Origin: Laetmonice hystrix
Lineage: Eukaryota
DNA length: 64,000 nucleotides
Assembly: GCA_965235115.1 (NCBI GenBank)
Contig: OZ249437.1
Coordinates: forward strand, 31,310,001 to 31,374,000
Direction of reading: 5' to 3'
The translations under genes were made by a program, and so were the position numbers. The notes beneath the pieces were generated by a model, which saw only the letters and a program-made list of their open reading frames with translations, was not told the origin of the DNA and did no database searches. This document shows positions 1 through 12,900 of the stretch, one piece after another (positions within the stretch are counted from its first letter, which is position 1; each line of letters opens with the position of its first letter).

Positions 1-324
1 AGGAATGTCAACAAGCTGGGGTAAAATGCGATTGTATTTTTCAACGTCCAAGCAAGAATGACACGTTCGTTCGTGAATACCACGTTTCGCTATTGTTGGT
101 ACATCGACATATAATGAGACAGATCGTTGTAATATATATTTCTGTTCATACAGGACAGCGTATCTCTAAAAAATGCTTTAAAGACCATTATTGGCTATTA
201 TAGGCCTACTGCTGCCGACAGCCTTTTTCTAGTTTCAAAGTATGATTGCAAAAATGGAAATCTCGATAGGAAACACCAATTTCTCCCACACATCCTAGCG
301 CATATTACGGGATATCTTTAAAAG

Positions 325-570
325 TTGATTTGTAAAAATTTCGTCGTCATCATGGATCATAGGAAGGACGTCAATGAAAAGCAGCGGAGGCTTGGAGTTT
401 CGACCCGCACCATCTCCCGGGTTTGGCAACGGTTTCAGGAGACTGGTGACGCCTCGAGAAAGTCTCGGTCTGGAAGACCTCGGAAATCCACACGTCGAGA
501 AGAATTGACCGTTCTGAACTTTCAAATTCGGACAAAGTTGTATTGCTTTGCTATTTTGAAAAGACCTTGA
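325..570 (+). pseudogene. Tc1/mariner transposase remnant (N-terminal paired-like HTH only)
   Basis: The ORF contains LGVSTRTISRVWQRFQETGDASRKSRSGRPRKST, the typical Tc1-family HTH plus GRPRK motif. It then degenerates. I found no DDE core or terminal inverted repeats. Confidence 0.7.
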
Positions 571-1986
571 GGCAAGCCTTATAAAATAGGTTAAAATGCC
601 TGGGAATTAGAAAACCATCGCTGAGCATCTTATCTCCTACCCACACTGTGAAACGGGATCATACACCCCACATCAACAAGAACAATGCAATCGTAGACGA
701 CGTTATCATCCACAAACTAATTCAAAAGGACTGCTGGCTGGCAAACACTTTGAATGGTGACATCGAAAGTTCAAAGTCAAGCCCAGTACATTTCAATATG
801 ACCTCAGGGCGCCAATGCTGAGAGACGGATAGCAAATATGTTTGAAAACCTATTTTCAAGATGGGTGCGTTTGGTCCATCCAAAATGATAAATAATACAT
901 GTATGTGGAATGAGGTGCTTACGAAATTTCACTAACAATCCTTTAAAATACCAGACCAGTTAGGACGGACCTTCAATGTCTGGTCAAGCAGAAAATGGTC
1001 CTCTGAGCAGCCATATTTCGTTCATATTCAATACGGAATCATCAATCCACCCACATCCCACGCGCTCACAAAAGGCGAACAAGCCATGGAGTTATCTTAC
1101 ACCCATTCTGTTCGTTTCGGTTAACTTTTTTTGGCACATTTTGCGTCATTCCTTTTGACAGCAAGGCGCAGACGTAAACTCTGTCCATCTTTACGACACT
1201 AAGCTGCATGTCGGTGTGCCATCCATCACAGGTCCTATGTCGGGGCCACCCATTTGGCCGGAGCCATCAGGGCAAATCTCTTAACCCATTCACTGCCAGC
1301 CAGCAACAGTAATCCGTCATGAATACATGACAAAATGTACACTAACTGTAACAATATTAATGAAATTTCGGTACGGTGTAGGGACAATACGTGTATGTTT
1401 AAGGTGTTCCATGGATTTAGGCCTGCCATAGATGTTATTATATAGCCTAGGTAATCAGTTATATTTTACGTTAAAGGCCAGGATCTTCGCCATGCATACT
1501 GGACAGTACGGTAGGTCATCTCCATGTTTAAGACATTTTAATTCGAATTTGTCTTTATTCATGTCATTCCATGACAAATGCCTGATTGTCATTATCCATA
1601 CGGTATATCGGTACCTGATCAAAGCCACTCATAAAGATATTTAACACAGATTAACAACTCTGATTAACTTCATACTTGATTACATCTGTATCTGTAATTC
1701 GTCGTATTTGAATTGTATTTTGTCCTTTCTCCGTTATTATTGCAAATCTATCGAATTCTCAAATTTAAAAGTTAATCCTAAATGTTTTTGACTCACAGTA
1801 CACAGTTTTTGTACTCAACTGATTTTCGTTCTTTATAAAACAAATTCTACCTAAAATGCAAGAGATTATCTCAGCAAAAGAGTTATTTGTCATCCCTTAT
1901 CCAGGGAATTATTGCCAAAGCTTTCCCTAGGCGGATCGATCGTACATCTTTATGTGGACCAGCATGATCCAGTCAAGCACATTCCG

Positions 1987-3109
1987 TTTGATTTAACACA
2001 GGACTGAAGAACAGAACACAACCTCAGACACTGAATCTGAGCCATATCAGACCCCCTTTGATTTAACACAGGCCTGGACTGAAGAACAGAACACAACCTC
2101 AGACACTGCATCTTAGCCATATCAGACTCCCTTTGATTTAACACCGGCCTGGACTGAAGAACAGAACACAACCTCAGACACTGAATCTGAGCCATATCAG
2201 ACCCCCTTTGATTTAACACAGGCCTGGACTAAAGAACAGAACACAAGCTCAGACACTGAATCTGAGCCATATCAGACCCCCTTTGATTTAACACAGGCCT
2301 GGACTGAAGAACAGAACACAACCTCAGACACTGCATCCCAGCCATATCAGACTCCCTTTGATTTAACACCGGCCTGGACTGAAGAACAGAACACAACCTC
2401 AGACACTGAATCTGAGCCATACCAGACCACCTTTGATTTAACACAGGCCTGGACTGAAGAACAGAAAACAACCTCAGACACTGAATCTGAGCCATATCAG
2501 ACCCCCTTTGATTTAACACAGGGCCTGGACTGAAGAACAGAACACAACCTCAGACACTGAATCTGAGCCATATCAGACCCCCTTTGATTTAACACAGGCC
2601 TGGACTGAAGAACAGAACACAACCTCAGACACTGAATCTGAGCCATACCAGACCACCTTTGATTTAACACAGGCCTGGACTGAAGAACAGAACACAACCT
2701 CAGACACTGAATCTGAGCCATATCAGACCCCCTTTGATTTAACACAGGCCTGGACTGAAGAACAGAACACAACCTCAGACACTGCATCCGAGCCATATCA
2801 GACCCCCTTTGATTTAACACAGGCCTGGACTGAAGAACAGAACACAACCTCAGACACTGCATCCGAGCCATATCAGACCCCCTTTGATTTAACACAGGCC
2901 TGGACTGAAGAACAGAACACAACCTCAGACACTGAATCTGAGCCATATCAGACCACCTTTGATTTAACACAGGCCTGGACTGAAGAACAGAACACAACCT
3001 TAGACATTGCATCCGAGCCATATCAGACTCCCTTTGATTTAACACCGGCCTGGACTGAAGAACAGAACACAACCTCAGACACTGCATTCCAGCCATATCA
3101 GACTCCCTT
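1987..3109. repeat. 75-bp minisatellite, about 15 copies
   Basis: Unit is CTTTGATTTAACACAGGCCTGGACTGAAGAACAGAACACAACCTCAGACACTGAATCTGAGCCATATCAGACCCC, with recurring variant positions. It explains the 25-aa periodic ORFs at 1950-3096. Confidence 0.97.
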
Positions 3110-6100
3110 GCATAGAGAATTACTGAGTAGTTTTACCTGTTTCTAACTGTTCTATAGATAATATATTATTTAAGGTTAAATCTGCAATACATTCTATCTA
3201 TTCTGATTTGATGAATGCCGCAGATTTCAGAATACTGAACTCATAGCATGAAAAAGACACGCCTATAACTGCTCAGTGCACAATGTCAATCACTACAACT
3301 CTCTCCATTTAAATAATTTCTGATTTGTCTAATCAGCCCAACAATTCTAGATACTTTGGCGCGGTTCTATGAATCAGAAAGATAAATAAGGAGGGTTTTT
3401 AATTGTATTCTCCAAATAAACAGCATATATAATAAGTAAAACCGTTATAGATGCGGGAACACATTGTTTCTACCAATTACATACACAACACAGGGTGAGT
3501 GAAACTGTAGAGACGCCTGAAACAGTTGACCTGAAAAACACTGGAGGTCCTTGAGGACCACGCGTTAGAATCTAGTTCTCCGTGCATAACTCCCAGGTGG
3601 CAACAAGCGCCTTATCCTAGCGACGCAAACAACATGCTGCGTAAAGATTTCATACAAATCCTTCCAACGAACAAATTTTAGTTTCCAATTAATCAAATCA
3701 CATAATGAACACACACAAATTAAAAAAAAAGAAGATTTGGCCTTAAATTTCTGCAAGAATATGAATCAGGTAGCCGGCATTGCGTATACCTCAATTATCA
3801 TATCTGGGTTAAAGGCTCCTCTGGGACTGGTTGAAAGGGCTCCAAGTCATATCAGGTCCCACCAACACACAGCCTATAGTATAGCGTGTTCAACCATCCC
3901 AGATAGCCTCACAGCGGGAATACTGATGTGCTTTAAACATGAATACCGACATAGACAAAGTTTGACACCAACTGCAGCAGCCGAGCTCCTGCAGTCCTGG
4001 CCATTTAGTCAATGGTAAAAAATTCACTGGCATTAATATACCATTGCCGACAGTCTTGTGTTACATATTTTATGAAGAAATATATCATAGTATAGATGCA
4101 ATATATTACTACTTCGGATCAGGTGAAGTCGGAGGGGGCATTCCGGGATAGTTAGGATTCACTCATGTTCCCGCCTACAGCACATATTTCCGATGGGGAA
4201 CTGCCACTGATATATTTATATTGATAAGACTACGAGTCACACTGGACCTCAACCAACACCCAGTACATGATAAATATTATGTATACTATAGCGTCAACTC
4301 ATTTAATATAGTGATTTGACATATACATATGATGTATCTGTGTACTGGTAAAAGGCCCTCGCCCTATCTGCCATGCTCATGTAGTATATCAAGTTATCTT
4401 CTCTGTAAAATGCTCAGGGGTTCCTCGGACGACATCTGTACATCTGGCAGCCCACGACTGTCCATGATTCTGAGTGTGGACGGCCCAGTGGTTCTGCATC
4501 CATCCGTGTCTATTATATCAGGATTGTGAAGAGTGAAACTGGTGGCTTAAACAAACTATTACTACGTGCAATCACCAGAGGGGATATCAATGCCTTAGTA
4601 GTTTGCAGTTACAGTTCAACTTGTATACATAAAGAGAGATCTAAAATTTCTGACAATACAATAAAATGGCAGATTGTGCAAGATAATAGAAAATCAGTTC
4701 ATTGCTTAACTATTATGATCAAAAACAACAAAAAGATATTTCCCTTCGTTCTATACCTCGTCTTCCATTGGTTTAAGGAAGCATGCATGAGACTGCATGG
4801 GGAACCGTACACTGCTAGAATTTGTCCTTCGTGACCTCAATTTTTCAATCTGTCTGCAGTCTATCACTACGGTAAAGTACAGCTGTTCTGGAAGCTGCTC
4901 TTAAATTACTTGTTTGCAGACGGTACTTGGCGTATTTCGGCGGAGTGTATAGGCAATCCCCTGTATAACAATCCTGAATGAGCTTCCCCTTCCATGCACC
5001 ATGGCTAGGAATGACGAAGTCCTCACCGGCATGGCAGTTATCTTGATACAGGATGGAGATTACCAGATTCCAATGATCTGTTCTCCATCAAACCAAGTCC
5101 GCACACCCACACCCACGCAAGGACCCCTTTGTTGTACACACAATCCACTGCATATGTCGTATGGTAACAGAACAGTCCTGAACGTATATGTTGCTCCAAA
5201 CGCAAGGTGCAGGGCCGCAGTAATCAAGTTTACTCTATATACAGCAGACAACTCCATCTGTGTGATTTACGACCAGATGGTGTTTGGTTGAAGCAACGAG
5301 ACGTTGGTTGAAGGAGTCCAGCGTTACGGGTCAAAGTATAGTCAAGAGGTTGCTGTAACCCATATCTCCCATAAAACACGGGAAAAGTTTATAGATCTAT
5401 GTCTACATGGCCTATCATGTCAAACCCGATAGTTGATATATAGTAGCTGTCAAAGTGACCTTCTTTTGCTGCTCTCTATATCCTTTACACCGACAAACCA
5501 GGAAACCGGCATACTAAATGACTGAAACAAACTATTTTGGAGTATTTGACAATCTATATTACGGATCTCTTATCAAGGCTTCAGGGATAAATCTAGGACA
5601 TATCAAATAGGTATAGGCTACCCTACTTTTGATCAATCTTGACAAATGCATCAGGCGGCCACTTCTACTGTCTTTATTATTCAACCGGCTGTTCCCTCAT
5701 CTCCCGACTCAAGAAGTGATTAAGGCAGATACGGTGGCGGCGGAGGCATCCCCCAATAAAAAAAGGGGGTTATTGACTGATCTGGCCCCGACTGGCGATA
5801 GCTTCCTATACGCATCTGCTTTCTGCAACAAAGTGCACGGTTGCAAACATCTGTCGGCCTGGATATAGCGGCTTTTGAAGCCTTTATCATCATATAGTGT
5901 GACGGACCGTCTACAAAGTTTTAACATTCCCAAAGGCTATACTTTCCCAAATTATGAAGCGCCATGTATTGTGATAAGTTCCACTCTCCCCCGGTGCGCC
6001 TGGGGTCCTAACTGATAGCAATACGGTGTAGGATACACAGTCCTGACTAGTCTTGTCGGTAGTAATAAATCAACCCACTGCGAAACACTCTGCATCGAAC

Positions 6101-7196
6101 TGGAAACACCACAGTCATTGTTGGAAGATCCGCATCTCAGGTCTCCGGCACACTATATGATAATAAAGGCGTCACTAAGTGGACCGCCGTGAAAACCCTC
6201 TCCCAACTCCCCGTCCCCAGCCCTCCGCCAACAGACAGCTGTGGCCTCAGGCGTCCGATGCGATGAACCAAATGTTTTTGGACGACTGTCAGTGTGAGCA
6301 AGACTTGTTGCTCTCGCCAACTAATCGACCTTCTTCCTTTACGGCCAATATTGGCCATCATAGTAATCGCACGACCGCGCCGGCCAACTTTACGGACATG
6401 ATACGAATGTTTACAGTCGGCCTATAGGTCAACCACCTATGACAAAGACGTTTCGGTCACTCTGTGTCTGTGGAAGTTTGAACCGCTTTACTCAAATTAT
6501 GACTCGCTACTCCGACCAAACGGGCGGCTAGTCGTGGCATGGAGGCAAGCATCACTTGTGATGACGCGGCTGACCGGCCTGGCAGGCCGGTCCCCGGACG
6601 TCGTCAGACTGTACACCACCAAGTGGGTCTGTCGACGGCTGCGGAGGAAACTCCAGTTTGACCGAGAGCGAGCCCGCCCCAAGCCATCTCACAAACTGAT
6701 TCACATAGTGGTCAAAACAAAAACAAGTTTACCTGGTGTAAAATGTGTGGCTTCTGGACAGTGTGACAGTGATGTGGGCCGGGGAGAGTTGGTAATCCAG
6801 CGGATGATATGTCTGCCTGCTGCACACGATGATTCAGAGCCTGTTCGTTGTGCAGATGTTAGCGGCGGGCACATGGACTGGTTGGCGCACTCACCACACG
6901 TGGCACTCTACACTCGGCCTCCCGAGGCAGTCACACAGAAACTCTCGGGGCCGGGGCCGGGGCTGGAGAAGGGCGCCTTGCCGCCTTCAGCCCAGCCGTG
7001 ACGGGGTGGCTGCGCGGGTGCTGGGGGTTATGGGGGGTTATGGTGGGAAAGTGGGGACGGGGTGGTGTTGGTTACCGATAGCGTGTATATCACACAGGTC
7101 TTCATTCTACCTTCATTCTACCATCTCAAGAGGCTAACTCGATCCATGGGCATTATATTACTATTACCGGTAGGGCCTAACATGTGTATAATAGGC

Positions 7197-8290
7197 CAGT
7201 AGCGGCCGCACAGAAGGTGCTGATAGTGGAGGCTTTGATAGTCCTATCAAGACCCTATCAAAATAGGCACTATCAACACCTAAGAAATGAGCGCACAGAA
7301 CAGGCTCTATCATGGTGATAGGGCTAACTGTTGATAGGCTTATTTGCATATTATAAAGATGCGTCTGTCTATTTATAGTGAGGGAATTCCCTCTACAGAC
7401 TGTAAACAAGTGCACGTGAAGCACACACACCAGCACCACCCCACTGCTCCGGTGCATGCTAGATTACAAATTACAGTACTATCTTTGTTTTAATTGAAAG
7501 TGTCAGGTACACCAAACACCATTCGCTCAATTCTTTCATCTGTGATACCATAAAACAGTAAGGAAGTATAAACAGGGGAGATACATGGTCAGTCCTTTGA
7601 TAATTTGCATCCACAACGTACTCTTTCATGAAAACAACCGTACAGTGTTTACTTTATTTGGGGTAAGACAGAACTTTTTGAAATTAGGTGCCATTCACCA
7701 GTCCGCACTTGCAGTGAACGTAGACCTAGGCTACTAGATTTGTAATAGAAAAGTCAACGAAACCTTGTGTTCTAGATTATTCTGAAGCAGAAATTTCGGT
7801 GATAAGAAGCAATTTCTCGGAGCATCCCAAGGTCTTGTGGGCCACACACAACAATGAGACAACGCAGACGGCTAAAGACAAAATATATGATTCTGGAAAT
7901 AGCAGCTGAAGTGAATGCCATAGGAGTTGCTGATATGGCTTTGCCTCTTCATATATATGGCCATCACCCATAAACAGACATCGGCTTCAGCATGCCACAT
8001 GTTAAGGGTACAAACACTACTTTAAGACTGACTCACGTCGAGATTCACTCCCGATTCAGTGCTATCAAGACACTAAAGGTGCCCCCGGGCACCTATAGTG
8101 AGTTGATAAACCAGCGCTGATAGTGGATGCTTTTGATAGTCTATCAACGCTTCTGTGCGGTCTTTAACTGTTAGTCTATCACCACTGATTGGGGTTCGAC
8201 TATCAACAGGATTCTGTGCGCCCAAAATTTTCTACCAGCGGTGTTAGTGGTATTGATAGGACTACCAACGCTTCTGTGCGGCCGCTACTG
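7197..8290. mobile_element. Non-autonomous TIR element, probably derived from PIF/Harbinger
   Basis: Perfect 20-bp terminal inverted repeat CAGTAGCGGCCGCACAGAAG (7197) / CTTCTGTGCGGCCGCTACTG (ends 8290). Subterminal GATAG/CTATC motifs are reiterated and there is an internal Myb/SANT-like fragment. No exact direct TSD was seen. Confidence 0.65.
7775..7934 (+). pseudogene. Frameshifted Myb/SANT-like DNA-binding fragment (Harbinger/NAIF1 type)
   Basis: Reads DYSEAEISVIRSNFSEHPKVLWATHNNETTQTAKDKI, then after a frameshift ILEIAAEVNAIGVAD. This resembles the FSxxE...K...W.EIA..VNA.GV pattern of Myb_DNA-bind_5. Confidence 0.55.
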
Positions 8291-8944
8291 CACTGTCACT
8301 GGCATAGCCTACCGGGTAAATTAAACTCGAGCAATATAGGGGATCAATAGGCATAGGGTCTAATTAAATCTAACAATGCAAATTTAGGTCCACTGGTCAA
8401 TCTGACTTACTTCTCAAGTCTGAAATGTTTAGCCGGCTTTTATATATAGGCTACTTCAGAAACATTGAAGGGGATCTTTCTGTCCACACTTGGCGGTTCC
8501 CAACATCACATATTAGGGCTAATGCTGGCAACAGCTATAGGGTTGGCTGGGCCGGAGAGGGCTGCCCAAACACTATTTCAGAAGGAGTTAGGAAATAACA
8601 GATAAATAGGCTACTGAGAGGGAGGAGACTATATGTTACAGTGTTAGCGGTTACAGTGTATTTTTAAAATCCTAGATATACGCCCACTTACTCAGGCAAT
8701 TGAATTATCGCCGTATGCTTTCATTACAAGTCAAATCCTGATTTCAAACAGCAAAGACGCCAGACTTGTTTTAGCTTATTATACACATTCATACAAATTT
8801 GCTATTCACTAGTCACTTGTGCTGTTCCTGAAGAAAATCATGAATGCACAAATTACGGAAATTTCATGTGCATAACTTAACCAAGTAATGAATCATTTAC
8901 TGCCAATTTGTAGACACTGTGTGAACTGTTCACAAATCACTTAA

Positions 8945-9442
8945 AGGAAATATGTCACGGGGGTATCGACCGAAATCTTCAGTTTTCTGCTTGTTTCTTC
9001 ATATTGATTCTGTTAACACATACGATCGAGTAGACCCTGTGAAATGCTCCCTAATGTAGAAAAATGAATAAAACTAGCTGCAGTGTCCGCAAAGTACGAT
9101 GAATCTGCCATTTGGGCCCCCTTTGGCTGCCGCGAATAGTTTGAACGGGTCCCATGATCACGTGACTCTCGCTGTGATTACTCGAGATGTGAACACGGGA
9201 CTATAATGGCCCATCCGCCGATCGTGTGAAAAGGGTGCAAAACACAGCCGGCTGCAAATCCCGGGGTCTCGGAATCTAAGTGTGTCATTTTCAGTGACGG
9301 CATTAAGAATTGGCGATTTCTTTTACAAAATACCGGCCAAAGCTACACATAAACAGGTAGGGGATCTTTGGGGCATATCGGAGAACCGCAATGCAGACAT
9401 ATTTTTTCTGAAACATGACGTATTATTTGTGACATATTACCT
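8945..9442. mobile_element. Kolobok-like non-autonomous DNA transposon (498 bp)
   Basis: TTAA at 8941-8944 and 9443-9446 flanks a 14-bp TIR, AGGAAATATGTCAC / GTGACATATTACCT (1 mismatch). A TIR starting with purine-purine plus a TTAA TSD is characteristic of Kolobok. Confidence 0.7.
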
Positions 9443-9908
9443 TTAAGCTGGATCTCTGACGAACACGGTAATTGAGGAAGGACTGGATACTATCTAACAT
9501 TCAGTTTATTCATAAAGATTGTAGAATTAATAAATATTAGAAAATATACATGTATATCAAATAAATATTCATCTATTACTATGCACATCACAGAAAGTAT
9601 TCATCACATAATGTAGCTACAGGTAAAAACACTGAGGGGCACCTTTTATAAGTACCGTCAAATGGAGTGTTTGGCTTATTGATTCTTAACCACTTTTATA
9701 CCTACACTATAATAGATATATCTCTTGGAACAGTTATAGCACTTTCATAGTTGGCTTGTTTCCTTAGCCAACTGAATTTAATTCACCTACTGGTTTAACG
9801 TTAATTAGGTAATTAAGGCATTTGCAATATGTGCAACTAGACTGCTAGAGGCTGGATTTTAATGATGACACTAAATTAGCCCGTCAAGTAACAGTCCCTT
9901 GAGATTGG

Positions 9909-12900
9909 TTACACACTGAGCATTGTGTGATCACGGAGGTCTGATCTGTCAACTGAAGGCTGCCCGTCTGTGTTCGCACTCAAACCCCTCAGTCCGAGCA
10001 GCCATTTGGTGAGAAAGCCAAGGCTTGCGTTTTCTTGAAGTCTCACGGTTCTGGTGGCCAAGTCCATCTTCAGTGTCTGAAGTTTGTCCTTGGCCAGTGC
10101 ATAGAGGCGCTCCCGATCAAGGTCTCCCTATCGAAGATAAACAGTATTATGAAAATGGTACCACAGCAAATTATGGAATAGTGAACTCTCTGCCAATGAG
10201 TCCCTCCAAAAGATCCTACCGTTAAAAATACATGTGACCTTAACTGAACTTTCAAGGTCACTCGAAGTCATGGAAAATGGTGCCAAATCAAAGTTCAGAC
10301 CTACAGACAGAAGTTGGGTTGGGGGCTAAAAAACAGCAAAACGTCAATAATTTATTTACAACATATTACCTCCAGAGGTCCCCGTCTTATACGCATGATG
10401 AATTCCTTCACCTCTCCTGTACAGCGAACAGGTGGACATCTGCCGTGCAACAGGGCGTCAAGATTCCAAAGTTTATGGAAAATCTAAAACAAGCAGACGA
10501 AAAGAACAATTCAAGAACTCGGCTTTGTTTTATTTCTATGTTTTATAGGTTTCACATGCTTCTCGATAAAACTCTCACACTTCTTACCTGATAGAAAAGT
10601 TTTTTCTCTCGCGGAGAATCCATGTGTTTCCTACTCTCTATGGTACGCATGTTGTTCCTAATGAGACCTCTGTACTGCAGCATGAGGTGTTCACTCATAA
10701 ACAGGTGTCGCTGCGAACACAGCACCTGGTGGATAAATTAGGAACTAAATAACCTTCCCTGACCAAAGGTGGCTCTTTTTGACAGCTGGACCGGATATCT
10801 AAGTACGTGCTGCCACCTAGCGTTACAGGGGTAACATACGAATATTAGAGTCTGTCATGCGCTCCCACCGGCAGATACGTTTGTAGAACATTAAGAATTT
10901 TTTAATCGCTAACCCATCATTCACAGAGGATACCTCATGATTATAACGGCTAGACCGATCCCTTGTATATTCTAAAACACAGGTGGGTTTGTTAGCATTG
11001 TCCACATGTGCTCCCATGAAGGACATGCATATATCCCAAAGTAATAATTTGGAAACAATACATATTGACTAATTTTGTGATATACATGTGTACCTGGCAT
11101 GGTAACCTTTTAATTCTCCAGGTACGTTCTTTGATTAATCTTTTAAAAATAGATGAATGCCATCAAACGATTCAACCCGGGCAATCTAAAAGTACACGTA
11201 CTTCATAAACTAAGATGTATCGGTAGGGTAAGGCTTTGACTTTTCATTCCCTCCACCAAGAGCGTCACACAGGCTGGGGATACGGCTAATGGTGGGTTAG
11301 GAACCAAGGTGTCCACAATATGAAGAGCATAGTACCCCTTCCACATCAGAATTCAATGGAGCTTTTTTCACAGAGCTCATTGCTATACATTTTCAGAAGA
11401 AGACAGGATTTGATCTTACCTTCCATGCCTCACTGGCGTAGTCGACACCTTCCACAAATACAAGCTGAAACGGGGAAGTGACTAGTGAATTCTTTAAATG
11501 TATCCAGCGGCCGCTCAGCCCATTGGCGGATTTCAAATACTGACAAGAAAATTATTCAATACACAAGAACGTCTATAAAAACTGATGTCTCCTACTTCAG
11601 AAATCACAACGCTTCCTTTCAGAAGCATTTCTGCAAAAATTCGAGCCTCGTATGCGCCGTATTCAACAGTCAACTTTGGTCCCCTGTTCTCGATACATTC
11701 ACACTGTGGGCGTACACTGGATACGAGCTTCTACAGGAGAAAAATCATGAACAGAAAATACACAATGTCTGAATATATTCTTAACTTTTCATTGAAATCT
11801 GTAAACGTTCATACGTGGGTCTATACCTAGCGACCTTTGTATTAACCTGGGTTTCCAAGCCCGTTCTGTCTACCTTTGTATAAGCATTCAACAACCCCTC
11901 TACCCAAGGTTTCCGCGAATTCATAATACTGGAACCATACATGAGATACTTAACGATAACACGGATAGGACGTTTTTTGGGGAAAGTTTTAGATATGTCT
12001 GCGACATCCTACTTAGATCTTCATCAGTTTCCAATAGCTATTGGTTACCTCGGTCGGTTCGGTGTACACCACTACATAGTCCACGTCACTCTCTGGAGTG
12101 GACAGTCCGTACAGATAGCTTCCAGCACGTGCTATCATGACCACATTCTCTGGAGACATCCTAGCCACTGGTCCCCCAACCTTCTGGAGTAGGTCGACCA
12201 CATTGTCACACTCACCATCTGGAATACCTGCGGCAGATTCAATTCGAAATTAATAAAAAGGAAATCATGGATTTAATTCAAATTTTAGTAGAGATCTGAC
12301 TGAATTTCACTTTCATAGTTACTCGACTAGAGAAATCTGACCGGGACAAGCAAGCAGCTGCTGGCCATCTGTACGCAGTGACATCAGCCATCGGCCAAGC
12401 AGGTCATCTACCTCCTTCTGAGGCGTGAACTCTGACCCTTTCATCACGTCATCCACATCCTGCTTCCAGCTCATTAATATACTGAAGAGATCTGCCGTGG
12501 TGCTGGAGACTGATTCGTACTGTGGAGAACAAAGTCAAAGACACAAGTTATGCAAGTATATGATTATCGTTCACATTTACGTTCAGGCAAGCAGAAAAAT
12601 AAAGTTCCAACTCTTTCTACTACCATGCTTTGATCGTGTCGTGTCTAACTTGCTTCCCTGGTACATTTGGCTTACAATCAATGTCCCATCCGAGTTACAT
12701 AAATATTCCCAGCACATAAAAGCGGTGTTTCTCGCCTGATAAAACTGTGTCAACATCTCCTGTGCCTCTCGTGCTTTCCCAGACAATCTTTCTGTACTCA
12801 GAGTATCAACAGATAGTTGGCCCTTGGTTAACGCATCTTCAGCATTTTGTAGCAACCTAAACAAAAACACGATCACAACTGTACTCAGCCATCGCTACTT

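Noticed and set aside
1161-1230. Ankyrin-like GADVN peptide after a plus-strand acceptor
   Set aside because: It is a single weak half-repeat lacking the TPLHxA motif, and no phase-consistent neighbouring exons were found.
1987-3109. Regular repeat arrays (also 28929-30268 and 43954-44632) as CRISPR arrays
   Set aside because: The units are head-to-tail with no unique spacers, there are no cas genes, and the context is eukaryotic. They are minisatellites.
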